Positions 39,650-52,091 of a stretch of 64,000 bases of DNA are shown piece by piece. A model generated the notes under the pieces. That model worked only from the letters and a program-made list of their open reading frames with translations. It did not search any database and had not been told where the DNA came from. Every line of letters begins with the position of its first letter. Position 1 is the first letter of the stretch. This DNA is from Callorhinchus milii (taxonomy: Eukaryota): positions 120,406,001 to 120,470,000 of the forward strand of contig NW_024704742.1 of NCBI RefSeq assembly GCF_018977255.1. The letters are read 5' to 3'. The position numbers and the translations under genes were made by a program.

Positions 39650-40040
39650 AAAACCTTACATTTGATATAGTGCTTTATCACATCATCAAAATGTTTCAAA
39701 GCACTTCACAAGTTTTACTGTAACGTGAGGTGATGCTGTATTTGCAAATAAATGTGGCTGCCAATTTTGCACACAGCAATGTTCCACAAACAGCCATGAA
39801 GTGAATGATCAATTTATCAGGGAGGTTGTTGATGTTGGGAGAAATTGCCTTCTCTTTTCGATTAGTGCCATAGGATCTTTAATGTTCACCTGAATGGGTA
39901 GACATGTCCTCAGTTTATTGCTTTATTTATAGGATAGCACCTCTGACAATTCAGCACCACCCCAGCATTGCATTGGGGTGTCATTCTAGATTATGATCTC
40001 CAAGTGACATGGGACTTGAACTTACACCCTTAATTTTCTA
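39650..40040 (-). mobile_element. Older DeuSINE
   Basis: Reverse-complement match to the 3440 element body and tail. Confidence 0.7.
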
Positions 40041-40464
40041 CCAAGGTCAGTTGTTTGGCTGGCAACCATATGCACAATCAAAAATGGACACATGGCTTAG
40101 GGAGAATATAATTGAAGGATATGGGGAAAGACTGGAATATGGAACTAGGGATAGGATCTAGGATTGGCACAAGGGTGGATCATAAACACCAGCTGGACTG
40201 ATGGGCCAAATGGCCCATTTCTGAGCTGTATCTTCTATGAATCTAAGAGGTGGGAGAGCTACCCGCTGGGGAATGCTGGTAAGGTCACTTTTTCCATATG
40301 CTAATTGTGCATTTCTAGGTTTCAAATATGCATTGTTTGGTCACCTAATTGTCCACAAAGCCTCTTTGATGGCTTGCATTTTTCGTAGCTTCAAATGGAA
40401 AAAAAACTAGCCTCCTTATGCTGGATAATGTATCAGCACAGTATTTCATCAGAACACAAACCCA

Positions 40465-40783
40465 TGGAGTCCTGTAGCTCAGTGGTTAGAGCACTCGCTT
40501 TGCAAGTGAGAAACCTGAGTTCAATTCCAGGCAGGGCCAAACCTTGGGCAAGTTTCCTTACTCCACACGCCTAATAATAATCCCTCCAAAACCAAAATCA
40601 ATAATAAATTGGTCATTTTCAATCTACGACTGTTTGTGGAACATTGCTGTGCGCAATTGGCTGCCGCGTTCGCCCACAAATATACAGTCAATTCACTTTA
40701 CAATGTGTTCTGTGAAGCGCTTTGGGACGTCCTCCCGACGTGAAAAGCGCTATATCAAATGCAAGGGTTATTATTATTATTAT
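40465..40783 (+). mobile_element. tRNA-derived SINE, young short form
   Basis: Full length and near-identical to sibling copies. Confidence 0.93.
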
Positions 40784-42837
40784 AAACATACAAGATGAAT
40801 GTATAAATGCCACATACATCAAATTATGAATGTATTACTCCCAAATAATAAAATAATTGTTTAAAAGGCCAGAGCAAACTAAATCCATTTCCTGCTAAAG
40901 GGAAATTATATTACAAATACAATGTTAAACAAATTCTCTGCTCATTTAATACCATTATTCCATACTTATCTTATTTATCGATCTTTAATTAGTGATTGTT
41001 GTTTGGTACAAACAAATTGTCCCTTTTCAAGGAATGGGTTAATCAGAAGAGTGCAGAAAAAGTACATTGCATTCTTCTGGCTTAGTTTTTGCTAAATTTT
41101 ATGTCAGAGTGACATTAAATAAAAAAAGGAACATGCATTTCAAAACTGAAGTTGTACGGAAATTTGAACAGTATTCAGAATGTCTGAATAGTGTATTTAA
41201 TATATTGCTTAATTAGTGCAGTGCTCAAAATGACTGATATATTTTTGTTCAGCGCCTTGGGATGTCCTCCCGATGTGAAAGGTGCTTTACAAATATAATT
41301 TGTTGTTTTATTTATCTTAACACAGAGAATTGTAACGCTAGAGTGACTCCAAAGTTGTTTGTGGCCCAACAGTGCTTCAGATTTCTGAGGTTAGTTTTAC
41401 TTTGTCAAAATTTAAAACAATGGCTGAAGTTAAAGATGAAGGATTGGGGCAACAGCTAAGCCATTTTCATTAGTAACACAAACACCAAAATGTAAGTGAC
41501 ACCACTTAAATACAGTCTAGCAGATTTATTTTGTTTCTGGTTTTCACTGAAAATCAAGGCAAAGGCAGCATGAATAGTGCTACTCAAGTAACTGAAATGT
41601 CTAAAACTTATCTTTTTCCTTTTATTAAAGTCAAATCTTTAGAGTTAAACCTAGTGTTAAAACCTACATAGTAACCGAATCAGGAATGAATGTATCTGGA
41701 TAGTAAGGTCAGACAAAATCATTCACTATGTAAAGGTATGGCAGAATGCACAGCTGTTTGTCTAGACTGTGGGTCTCAATCAGGCTACTCTCTGCTATTT
41801 ATTACTTATTCTAACTGTATATAAAATAACCAAAATATCAATGATAAATAGATGTTTTTAAATCACAGAAATGAGTAATTTTGATAAGTCAAACCCTTTA
41901 AAGCAACTACTTCTATTCAGCAACCACCTGCTTTCAACAACCACCATTAACAGTCCTGAACGATTTTCCATGAAGTAAAACCCTCTATACAGCAAGCTGG
42001 CTAATGCAACCAGAGGCCACTCTTTTTTAGGCCTGTCGGTGTACAAACACCTTTTCAGTAGCCAGTTTTAAATGAATTTAAGGGTCAATGCACAATTATT
42101 GCAGAGCTGCCTGTAGACTCCAAGGGCATTTACCAATGCTGTACGGAGCATCCCATTTACCCACAGCTTCCTGCCTCACTGCTCACTGGAAACCATAGGC
42201 AGGCAAGTATAGTGATCAGGATTAGAAAGTGCTCAGGACAATCGCTTCTGCATGAAACTTATTGGATGCAACAGCCATTGCTCTCTCAAGAAACTTGCTA
42301 CGATTTTATTGACTATGTTTGAATCAACATAAATGTACAAAATTACCCTTTTCCAACATGAATCTCATTAAATAGTTAAAAGGCAATTTAAAAGATAAAT
42401 ATTTGTTCCAGTACCTTCATGCAGCTGTCACTTCCAAGTTTGAGGACAAGAGATATAATGCCCATCAGAAAATAATTATGGACTTCAGCATACAGTAACA
42501 ATTTATTACTTTATTCAAATGGTTGTTTGATTTCTGGGTTTGTTTATACACTGTATTTTTCTATATACTTAGAAATTCTACACACAACAACGATCCCTTA
42601 CTCAGAGGCCACCCTTTCATAAAGGGACACTTCAGTTCAGTGGTTGCTGAAAACAGGTTTGACTGTATATTGATTTAATTCTATCTGCAAATGTGTATTT
42701 GCTCCTTCAAGAAAAATTATGTAATGGGGGAAGGATAATAAATATTCTTACACAATCTTTGTTCCCTATTCCCCAGTGGCTTGAGCTCAAAATTCTCATT
42801 CTAACTTTCAAATGCCCTCGTGCCCCTGACCTAACAC

Positions 42838-43160
42838 TGCAGCTCAGTGGTTAGAGCACTCGCTTTGCAAGTGAGAGACCTGAGTTCAATTCCAGGCAGA
42901 GGGCGAAACCTTGGGCAAGTTTCCTTACTCCACACAGAGCCTAATAATAATCCCTCCAAAACCAAAAACAATAATAAATTGGTCATTTTCAATCTACGAC
43001 TGTTTGTGGGACATTGCTGTGCGCAATTGGCTGCCGCGTTCACCCACAAATATACAGTCAATTCACTTTACAGTGTGTTCTGTGAAGCGCTTTGGGACGT
43101 CCTCCCGACGTGAAAAGCGCTATATCAAATGCAAGGATTATTATTATTATTATTATTATT
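42838..43160 (+). mobile_element. tRNA-derived SINE, young short form, nested in an old L2
   Basis: Long (TTA)n tail; flanks at about 42765-42830 and 43160-43300 are consecutive decayed L2 pieces. Confidence 0.92.
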
Positions 43161-43483
43161 ATGTCTGTGATCTCCCACCATCCTCCTCCCACCCCATCCA
43201 TTCCCTCTGCTGACACAGGCATGTTTCAAATGGCCCTCATTCCCTTGTTAGGGAGGCAAGCTTTCAGCCACTTTTACCCCGCTCTCTGGAACTCTCTCCC
43301 AAGTTGAGAAAGTGGTTTTGGCAGAATATCAATTTATAGCACTGCAATATAAATGGATGCAGTACAGTTAAATTGCTCCGAAAAAATCTCTTAAAAAGTT
43401 GTCTATTTAAGGCAATAATTTTAATGGTCTTAAAGGGCCAATCACATGACCAGTTCTTTTACAAAAGCAATCACCATCGAAAA

Positions 43484-44281
43484 CAGGGTGGTCCAAACTT
43501 TTGGCTGCTGAAGGTCAAATGCCAGATTTGGGAAACGTCCAGCAGACCGTAGGAGCAATATTTCTGTGTTTCCCTTCCAGAAATATAACCCATGAGAATC
43601 GTATAGAAATATAGAAATCCTATATTTTAAATTGTGTAACCATGACTTAATTTCACTATATTTTAGTTACAATGCAAACTTTAAATAGGCAATTCAGGCA
43701 AAAGTTCATACCAATTTTAAAACAATAATTCAATTTTATCAATACAGCTTTTATGAGTACATATATGTAAGAATAATCATTAAATGCCTATTCCCCAGTA
43801 AACAATGAAATCAATAATTAAGTGAATTAAAATGCACACCATTTAATAGCCCTAACAATGAACAAAATAACGATAATATCAAATTGAAATAATAGATGCA
43901 TCAATAATAACAACAAATTGTATTTATATCATGCCTTTCACATTGGAATTAAATTAATTTTTATGTATTAAAATCAAAACACAAGATATCAACTCAGCAT
44001 ATGGAGTCAATGGAATTGCAAGGCACTGAGTACAGGGTTGGCAATATGACTTGGCCATGTGTCTTGGTAGCCTGGCACAAGGGGCGAACAGCCGGGCATG
44101 GATTAGGGAGCACGAGAAATGGGGCACGGAGGTACATAGACTGAGGGCTGGGGGCATTGATAACAGACAATGGGTCACGGGAAATGGAGCTATGGGTACT
44201 GGGTGCAAAATTGGTTCGCAGGCTGGATGCAATCATCCCTGGGCTGGATGAGGTCCATGGGCCGCCCGTTGGACCACCCTG
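43484..44281. mobile_element. Non-autonomous hAT (Charlie-like) DNA transposon
   Basis: Perfect 13-bp TIR CAGGGTGGTCCAA; flanking 8-mers ATCGAAAA and ATCTAAGC match at 5/8 and resemble the NTCTAGAN target preference; no transposase ORF seen. Confidence 0.8.
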
Positions 44282-44682
44282 ATCTAAGCAATTTGCAATA
44301 GCGATTAGAAGCGGGAAATATAAATCAGGTTTCTCGCTCCAAAGTAATGCAACATCACTTCCAGCAGTATAAACAAAGAACAAAATGCCTTAAACTGTTC
44401 CGTTAGAAAAACCACATCACGATAGCATAAAATTTACCAAACTGACTAAGTTTATTTAAACTTAGTCACATGTATAAACAACAACCCAGACACAAAAACA
44501 ATCAGATACTTATGTTTAATATACCATAATTTTTAGAACTGCAATTTACTAGCAACAAAAATAAATAAAACAAATCAGAGCATTAACTGCTGAAATACAA
44601 CGAAGATCAAAGATCAATCCAGACTAATAATAAAGAATTTGTACTTGAATTCAACCTTATTAGACTGCTTACCATTAGGAGC

Positions 44683-44930
44683 TGGAATGTGTGGTTAGGA
44701 AGCACTACTGGCATTATCACAAGCAGGTGTTTTACCAAAGAATTAAAAGTGATGCCAGTGAGAAGAAACCCAATGTATAGGCTTTTAAAAATAGTTTCTA
44801 CTTCCTCCTGCACTAGGAATGGCTGGAAGAGAAGTCCCAGGTTGACTGCATTAATCCATATAAGGGTGACATTTGGTTCCTTGGATAGTCAAAGCTTCAG
44901 CTGACTAGCCTCCTCACCTGCTTGAGGTCA
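44683..44930. promoter_or_regulatory. Candidate muscle/cardiac enhancer (motif cluster)
   Basis: TEAD GGAATG at 44684 and 44816; MEF2 TTAAAAATAG 44785-44794; CArG CCATATAAGG 44856-44865; E-boxes at 44724, 44898 and 44915. Motif evidence only. Confidence 0.45.
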
Positions 44931-46039
44931 CTTTCCCACTGGGTATGTTGAACATCTTAAGATCTCCTCTTCTTGGCTCCATCACAGAATACTAATAATA
45001 TCTTTCATTGAAGTAATTATGGTTATATATATATAAAAATCTATCCGGTAGATATAAAATATTGTGTGTGTATATATTATACACATGATGCCTGCCTTTT
45101 GAGCATCATTTCGCCCACAAAATATACAGTCAATTCACTTCACACTATATTCTGTGACGCGCTTTTGAGATGTCATGAAAACATGATAAGGGGCTATATC
45201 AAATGCAAGGATTATTATCATTTTTGGACACAATTGGTAGCGATTAGCTGTGGACATTATAAAATTCTATTCTCAAATCATAGCCGTTCCTATTCTGTGT
45301 AGGAATGTTTCGATGGTTTTCTGTGTATTTTTAAATTTATAAAACCCTGTTTAAAAATATAGTTCTTATTGAGACTCATTCAAGTTTTCCCAGATACTAA
45401 TCATTGTAGAATGACCCATGACTTCACAGGAGGGCATCCTATCAGGTAGTAACAATGATGAATGTAACCCACCATTCACCGCTTTTAAATGTGTTTAGCA
45501 CCTGCCCTACAGCCAGCTGCCACACATGCTGATGTGTAAGAACTTAATATGACCTATGCAAAAGGCCAGACATCCCAATATAAGCCATATTGAAAGATTC
45601 AACATATTGTACAAACGAAGCAGAACAACCCCTAAAGTCTCCAACATTAAGACAACGAATAATATGAATAAGAAGTTGGGTTTCCAGACACTTTTCAGAA
45701 AATGGTAAATGAAAGAATGATTCCTCGAATAACACAGATTGAATTTTCAAACAAACAAACGCCAAATTTTGGAGGTACTCCAGAACAAAGCAGGTTAATG
45801 GATTAAGGTGCTTTCCAAGACACTGGACCAAAATATCTGGACCAAGCCGTCAATTGATAGCTACTGTCTCTGACCTGAGATCAGACAAAATACCTTCCAG
45901 TGGAAAGGAGATTTGGAAAACAATGAATCACTTCCAGAAGAATATGATGTGGCCGTGTCAGTCAATCAGCCATCTTTTAGGTTTTTGTTGGCTACAGGGC
46001 ATTTATTTTTACATGAAAGGTGGTATATAAATGCAAGTT

Positions 46040-46540
46040 ATTATTACAACAACTTAATTTATTTAGGGCCCTTCATACAAGTACTGTCTTGGAGCTCTTA
46101 ACAGGCTTGTGTGTGTGTGACCGAAGGCATTGTTGAAGAAGAAAGACTGAGGTATCGAGGCAGGGAGTTCCGATTCAGAGCCTAGTGACTGAAAGCAAGG
46201 CCACCAATGGTGGAGTGGAGAGGATGAGCCCACGCAGAAGACCCAAACTGGCTAAGCGAAGCCAGTGGGAAGTGGAGTACATTGTCAGCAGATCGGAGAT
46301 GTAAGGAGGTGGGTGACAAGGCGTGAAGTGATTTGGAAGTGAGAGTGAAGATCATGAAATCGATCTATTCTGCAAAAGGAAGCCATTGGAGCCTGGCAAG
46401 AACTGAGATGACAGGAGCACAGAGCTTGGTATTGACGAGGACACATTTGCATCATTTGGCCTTTGTTTATAGTGGAACTGGGGAGACCGACCAGTAAGGT
46501 GTGCATTGGAAAAACTTAAAACTTGCCTGTGAGACAAAGG
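46040..46540 (-). mobile_element. Old L2 3' fragment
   Basis: Decayed homology to the L2 3' region (LLVGLPSSTI...; RIDF-like stretch). Confidence 0.65.
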
Positions 46541-47100
46541 AATTTATTTCATTAATTTATATTTAGCTAAAATTACTTTTTGTAAAGTAGATTAAGATTA
46601 ATATTACAGCAACAAAACAATACTGGAGTAGCTTGAGAATGTAATTTTCCCTTCCCTAATCCAGAGTCCAATTGTAGCACCCAATGTCTGGCCTAGCTAA
46701 AATCAGATAATTCAGCACAGGCCTGCAATCTTCTATATAAGGCTTAATGCTGAACCTTTCCTTTAATAATAATAATAATGACAACTTTACTTCCTAATCA
46801 TCAAGGAAACCAAGTTCAGAATTTTAATTACTATTTCAATACTTTTTTAAAAACTTATAAATAACGAGGATAAATCGTAATATGGGTTGAAAACTTGACA
46901 GAATTTTTTTTTAAAAATCGCCAAACTAACCCAATACAGAAACCAAACTTTCTACAATTAAGATGGTAGTGTTTTTCAAAAATAATAAAATGATTCCACA
47001 GCACGTATAATATAAAAGAAAAGAAAGTTGAAACTTCCACGAAAAAAATTATGCTGAAAAACAAGAATAAAAAGGAAAATGCGGGAAATTACATTGAACA

Positions 47101-47297
47101 CATTAGGAACATAGGAACAGCCCCTCAAGCCTGTTCCGCCATTCTATAAGATCATGTCTGATCTGTACCTCAACTCCAATTACCTGCCCTTGCCCCATAT
47201 CCCTTGATACCCTGACCTAACAAAAATCTATCCACTTCTGTCTTGAAAATTTGAATGGATCCAACATCCACAGCCTTCTGGGGGAGAGTTCCAGAAT
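47101..47297 (-). mobile_element. CR1 3' fragment with TSD
   Basis: Reverse complement matches 25530-25720; ATTGAACA is directly repeated at 47093-47100 and 47302-47309. Confidence 0.85.
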
Positions 47298-48115
47298 GCA
47301 TATTGAACAAGAGGAAATGAAACAGCATCACATATATTTTGTAGTTTTATTTATTCCAGCAGGATCTTTTCATTTTGATGCAGTTGTAAGTTGTAACAAA
47401 TGATAATGCCAGTGTTATCCTTTTGCTCTTATAGATGGCTAAGGATAACCAGAGGCATAATCTTCTTGTGTATCTTGAGACATACTGGGCTTAAAAAAGC
47501 AGTGTTCAAAACTGCTGGACAAATTAATATTTCTGGTTTAAGAATGAAATTGCAAGATTTCTTAATGAATTGTGATCCTGAAAAAAAAATGGCTGTTTTT
47601 TGACTGGTCTTTCCTTTCCAACATTTTGTCAGACTTTTCAGGCCTTTTCTCGGCCAAGAAACAGTCCAAAAGCAATTCACTGGCCACAATCCTGACGTCT
47701 GGTTGCGATTGCGGCCAGCCTTTGGCATTTGCACTTTTTCTCAGCTGATACATTTATTTTGCAAATTTATTACCAAATACCACAATTTCAGTCACAAACC
47801 ACAAGTTACAACCAGTGCAATGACGTCTGATTTGTGAATGCCATATTTTAGACCCCAAAGTAAATTAATGGTAATTCATTGAGCACAACTGCCAATACAG
47901 AACATGTGCAATTTTAATTATTTTGTTAATACAAACTGCAATATGTTTGGCACAAAAATTGTTTACATTTATAAAACACTACAGAAAATGTATTTTTCTC
48001 AAAATATTGGGTCAAATGATTAACTTATATTTTGGCGGGTTCTCCAATTAAACATTAAGTCTTAAAAATAATTCAATACTGCTAAATAGGCGGTTTTGCT
48101 GGAACTAGTACTTAC

Positions 48116-48216
48116 CAGCCTTGATCATCTTCTCCTTCGGGTTCAATTATTTCTTCAGCAGGAGTTTCTATGGCCTTCGTTAGCTTTGACTTGAACTGAT
48201 CAAGGAGTGCCAAAGT
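48116..48216 (-). CDS. CWC27: CWC27 penultimate coding exon
   Basis: 101 nt; acceptor ttggcag|ACT; translates TLALLDQFKSKLTKAIETPAEEIIEPEGEDDQG plus TG; donor TG|gtaagt, phase 2. Phase fits both neighbouring exons. Confidence 0.95.
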
Positions 48217-49224
48217 CTGCCAAAGAAATTTATAAGAACTGTAAAGAATTTTGAGGCATTGATGTGATACAAAACTATAAAAATGTAAACTGGGAGAGAG
48301 AGCCTATATTCCCCACTACCAAAACCCTTTTGATTTCTTTTACAAATATTCTTTTTTCTGTGGGACATAATTAATAATAATAATAGTTTAATTTCTTCAC
48401 ATAGTCCTTGTGAAGACAATGAACTATTATTGTTAATTTTGGAAGATTCTGCAACTGATGCCTCTGTTCGAGTTCTCCCCACAGAAGCAGAGCCTAAGAT
48501 TGGAAATTGAATAAAATGGAGAATCATAATTATGTCTCAACACTTTAATTCAGATATTTTGCAGTCCCTTTGAATTAGAGGCTGCTAACACTCAGAAACA
48601 CTTTGTGATGACAGACCAAACAGTTGAACCCTGTTCTGATAGTTCATTCTGCCAATTTTTAATGAACTGTTGATAGTCGGGTATCATTAAACCATTTGCC
48701 AGTTCTGTGACAGAGTAACTATCATGAACTATTCCTTCCAGGTGAAATGTATCTGTGGATTCAGGTTAAACGTTTCAGTAATACAAAGTGTGATGCTGCT
48801 TTCATAGTCTCAGAAAGGGAGAATGATTTGTACAGAATATGTTGTGTTAGAGAATTCTTGAACTGCCCCTTATGAACCACTCTCTTGAATTTGGAGAGGT
48901 CCTTGAAAGTAAAGGGGAAACACTCCCTCATAGTGTTTGTGTTTGGTCAGTAAATCAAATCATGCTCTATTTCCGTTGAATGGATTATAGTCAGATATAA
49001 TCCCTCATCTGCATTCTCACCACATGATACGGCAGTGAGCAATCATTGGGTTATGGAGGCAGAGGGCTTTCCCTTTCTAGGGCATATTTAATTCTCTGAC
49101 TGAACCCACCGTAGAGGTCATAAACCTTATCATTTCTGGACTCAAGAGTTCAGGTCAGATGTCAAGTCTGCTTAGGCTGGACCTTGGTAGTTATACCAAT
49201 ATTTTGCTGGTACTTTATATTGCC

Positions 49225-52091
49225 AACGTGGCGGCGGGGTGGCCTTCATTTCCAAAGCCTCCCTTGGTCTCACCCCCTACTCCTCTGGCTGCTTCCCATC
49301 CTACGAGCACCTCACCCTTTTCCACTCCTCTCTCCCTTTGAAAATCCTCCTTGTTTACCGCTCCCGTAAGCCCCCCGGCTCCTTCCACACAGACATCTCT
49401 ACTCTCCTCTCTTCCCTGTCCCTCTGCTCCGAGCGCCTACTCATAATGGGCAATTTCAACCTCCACCTAAACTCCCCCTGCACCACTTCTGCCGATTTCA
49501 CTGCCCTCCTCTCCTCCCTAAACCTTACCCTCCATATAAACTCACCTACCCACAACCGTGGTCATGCACTTGACCTCATCATCACCCATGGCCTTGACAT
49601 TTCCGACCTCAGCATAGTGGACAAGGCCATCTCGGACCACTTTTTCATCTCCTTCTTCTCTCACATCCCTCTCTCCTCCACCAAGCCCTCAACCATCCTC
49701 TACCGCTCTTGGAAAAGGCTACCCCCTGAGACCCTCACAAAGGCCCTCTCATCTTCAAACATCCTATCCGTCTGGCCTTCCACTCGTGGAGATCCTGAAG
49801 CAGCCATCCAGCTGCTCCATGATCGCCTCTCCTCCACTTTCATTCCTCGTCCCCCTAAAACCCAGGACCACCTCCAAACCCACCTAATCTCCCTGGTACA
49901 ACAACCATCTCCGCTGCCAAAAAACCCAAACCCATCTGCTCGAGCGCAGATGGCGGAAAACTGACCTGACATTTCACCGCCAACTGTGGCTCGAGCATCT
50001 CCACAGCTACTGCCGTTCTTTGACACACCAAAAAACGGCCTTCTACTCCAACATCATCTTGGAAACTAAACACAACCCTAAAATCCTGTTTTCCATCACC
50101 CACTACCTCCTCCTTGTCCCCCCTCAGGCCTCCTCAATCTTCGTATCAAATGCCAAGTGCGAGGAGGTCATGGACTTCTTTTCAACTAAAATACTGAACA
50201 TCCACCAGGCAGCCTCATCCACCTGCCCCTTGTCACCCACAACCATGCCCTCTCTGTCCCCCTCACCCTCCTCATCATCTACTCCTACCACCACCGCCTT
50301 TCTACACTCTTTCCTCCCCATCTCTCCCTGCTCCCTCTCACCCACCATCACCTCCATGAAACCCACCACCTGCTGCCTCGACCCCCTCCCCACCAACTTA
50401 CTGGTCACACAGCTCTCCCTCCTCTGCCTACTACTGGCTGACATTATCAACCAGTCCCTCTCCTCCGGATCAGTCCCTGCCTCCCTCAAAATTGCTGTCA
50501 TTACCCCACTCCTGAAAAAACCCTCCCTAGATCCCTCAAACCCCAGCCATTACCGCCCTATTTCTAACCTGCCCTTCTTCTCAAAAGTTCTAGAACGCGT
50601 TGTTGCAAACCAACTCCGCGCACACCTCTCCTCCCACTCCCTCTTCGAACCCCTCCAGTCCGGTTTCCGCCCTGCCCACAGTACAGAGACTGCGCTTGTG
50701 AAAGTCACAAACGACATCCTCCCTATCTGTGACCAGAGCTCCCTCTGCCTTCTTGTCCTCCTGGACCTCTCCACCGCCTTTCCTCCATCATCCACTTCAG
50801 TGGGACCGCACTCACCTGGTTCGAGTCCTACCTCACAAACCGCCAGCAGTACATCTGCATAAACGGCTTCTCCTCCCGCTCTCACCCGGTCACCTGATCC
50901 ATCCTTGGTCCCCTCCTCTTTCTGATCTACATGCTCCCTCTTGGGGATGTCATCTGCATACATGGCGTACATTTCTACATGTATGCAGATGACACCTAAC
51001 TCTACTTTTCCACCTCTCTTTACGAACCCTAGTCCCCTGATAGAATCATAGAATTATACAGCACAAAAAGAGGCCATTCGGCCCATCGAATTTGTGTCGG
51101 CTCTTTGAATAGAGCAATTAATGTCAATCCCACTACCCAGCCCTTTCCCCATAACCCTGCAAACCCATCCTCCTCAAATACCTGTCTACCGTGTTTTTAA
51201 AAGTAATTGTCGAATCAGCCTCAACCACCCTGTTCTGTCAGCCTGCCTGTCAGATCTCAGGGGCTGGATGAGCGCAAACTTCCTTCATACTCTTCGTCTC
51301 TCGTCAACGTCTAAAATCTCACGGTTCTCAACTCCTCCACCTACCCGACCTCCCCCTAAAACTCTCCAAACCCGTACACGACCTAGGCATCAGGTTCGAC
51401 CCCCAATTATCCTTCCTCCCCCATATCTGGTCCCTCACCAGCACCGCTTTCTTCCACCTCTGACGCATTGCCCGTCTCTGCCAATACCTCTCCCCAAAAG
51501 CTGCTGAAACTCTGGTCCATGCCTTTGTCACCTCTCGGCTGGACTATTCAAAGGGCCTCCTCGCCGGTCTCCCATCCACTACCGTCCATAAAATCCAACT
51601 CATTCAGAACTCTGCCGCCCGCATTCTCACCCGCACGAAACTCCGCTCCCCGATCACCCCAGTCCTTGCAGACTGCACTGGCTGCCTATCCCAGAGAGGA
51701 TCGATTTCAAGATCCTCACCCTCGTATTCAAGTCCCTGCGCTCCTCTGCACCCCCTACCTCTCTAACCTCCTTTCTCCTCAGCACAGTACCCATTGCCTT
51801 TGTTCCTCTGGGTCTGGCCTCCTCCTTGTCCCCCGAGTCCTCTGCTCCACCCTTGGCGGCCGTGCCTTCAGCCACGATGCCCCGAGGCTCTGGAACTGCC
51901 TTCCTCACTCCCTCCGCCTCGCTCTCTCCCTTCCCATTTTCAGGTCTCTGCTGAAGACCTTTCTTTTCGACCGTGCCTTTGGTCACTTTCCTCCCCCTCC
52001 CCCGGCTCGGACCCGGGATCCTAAACTGTAAAGCGCTCTGAGACGCCATCCAGCGTGGAGGGCGCTATATAAATCCAAGTTGTTGTTGTTG
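49225..52091 (+). mobile_element. L2 LINE, nearly complete but broken ORF2 (APE endonuclease and RT)
   Basis: EN motifs GGGVA, VYR, GNFN, PTH..GH.LDL, SDH; RT motifs YRPISNLPFFSKVLE, QSGFR..HSTETAL, LLDLS.AF, YADDT; frameshifts, stops and deletions; stem-loop and (TTG)n tail. Confidence 0.96.
51040..51227 (-). mobile_element. CR1 3' end inserted into the L2 RT region
   Basis: Minus strand ends in ATTCTATGATTCTAT (CR1 terminal 8-mer repeat); CCCTG on both sides (51035-51039 and 51228-51232). Confidence 0.85.

Noticed and set aside
49239..50862. Active L2 ORF2 or domesticated RT gene
   Set aside because: Multiple frameshifts, stops, internal deletions and a CR1 insertion; no ORF1 or 5' end.
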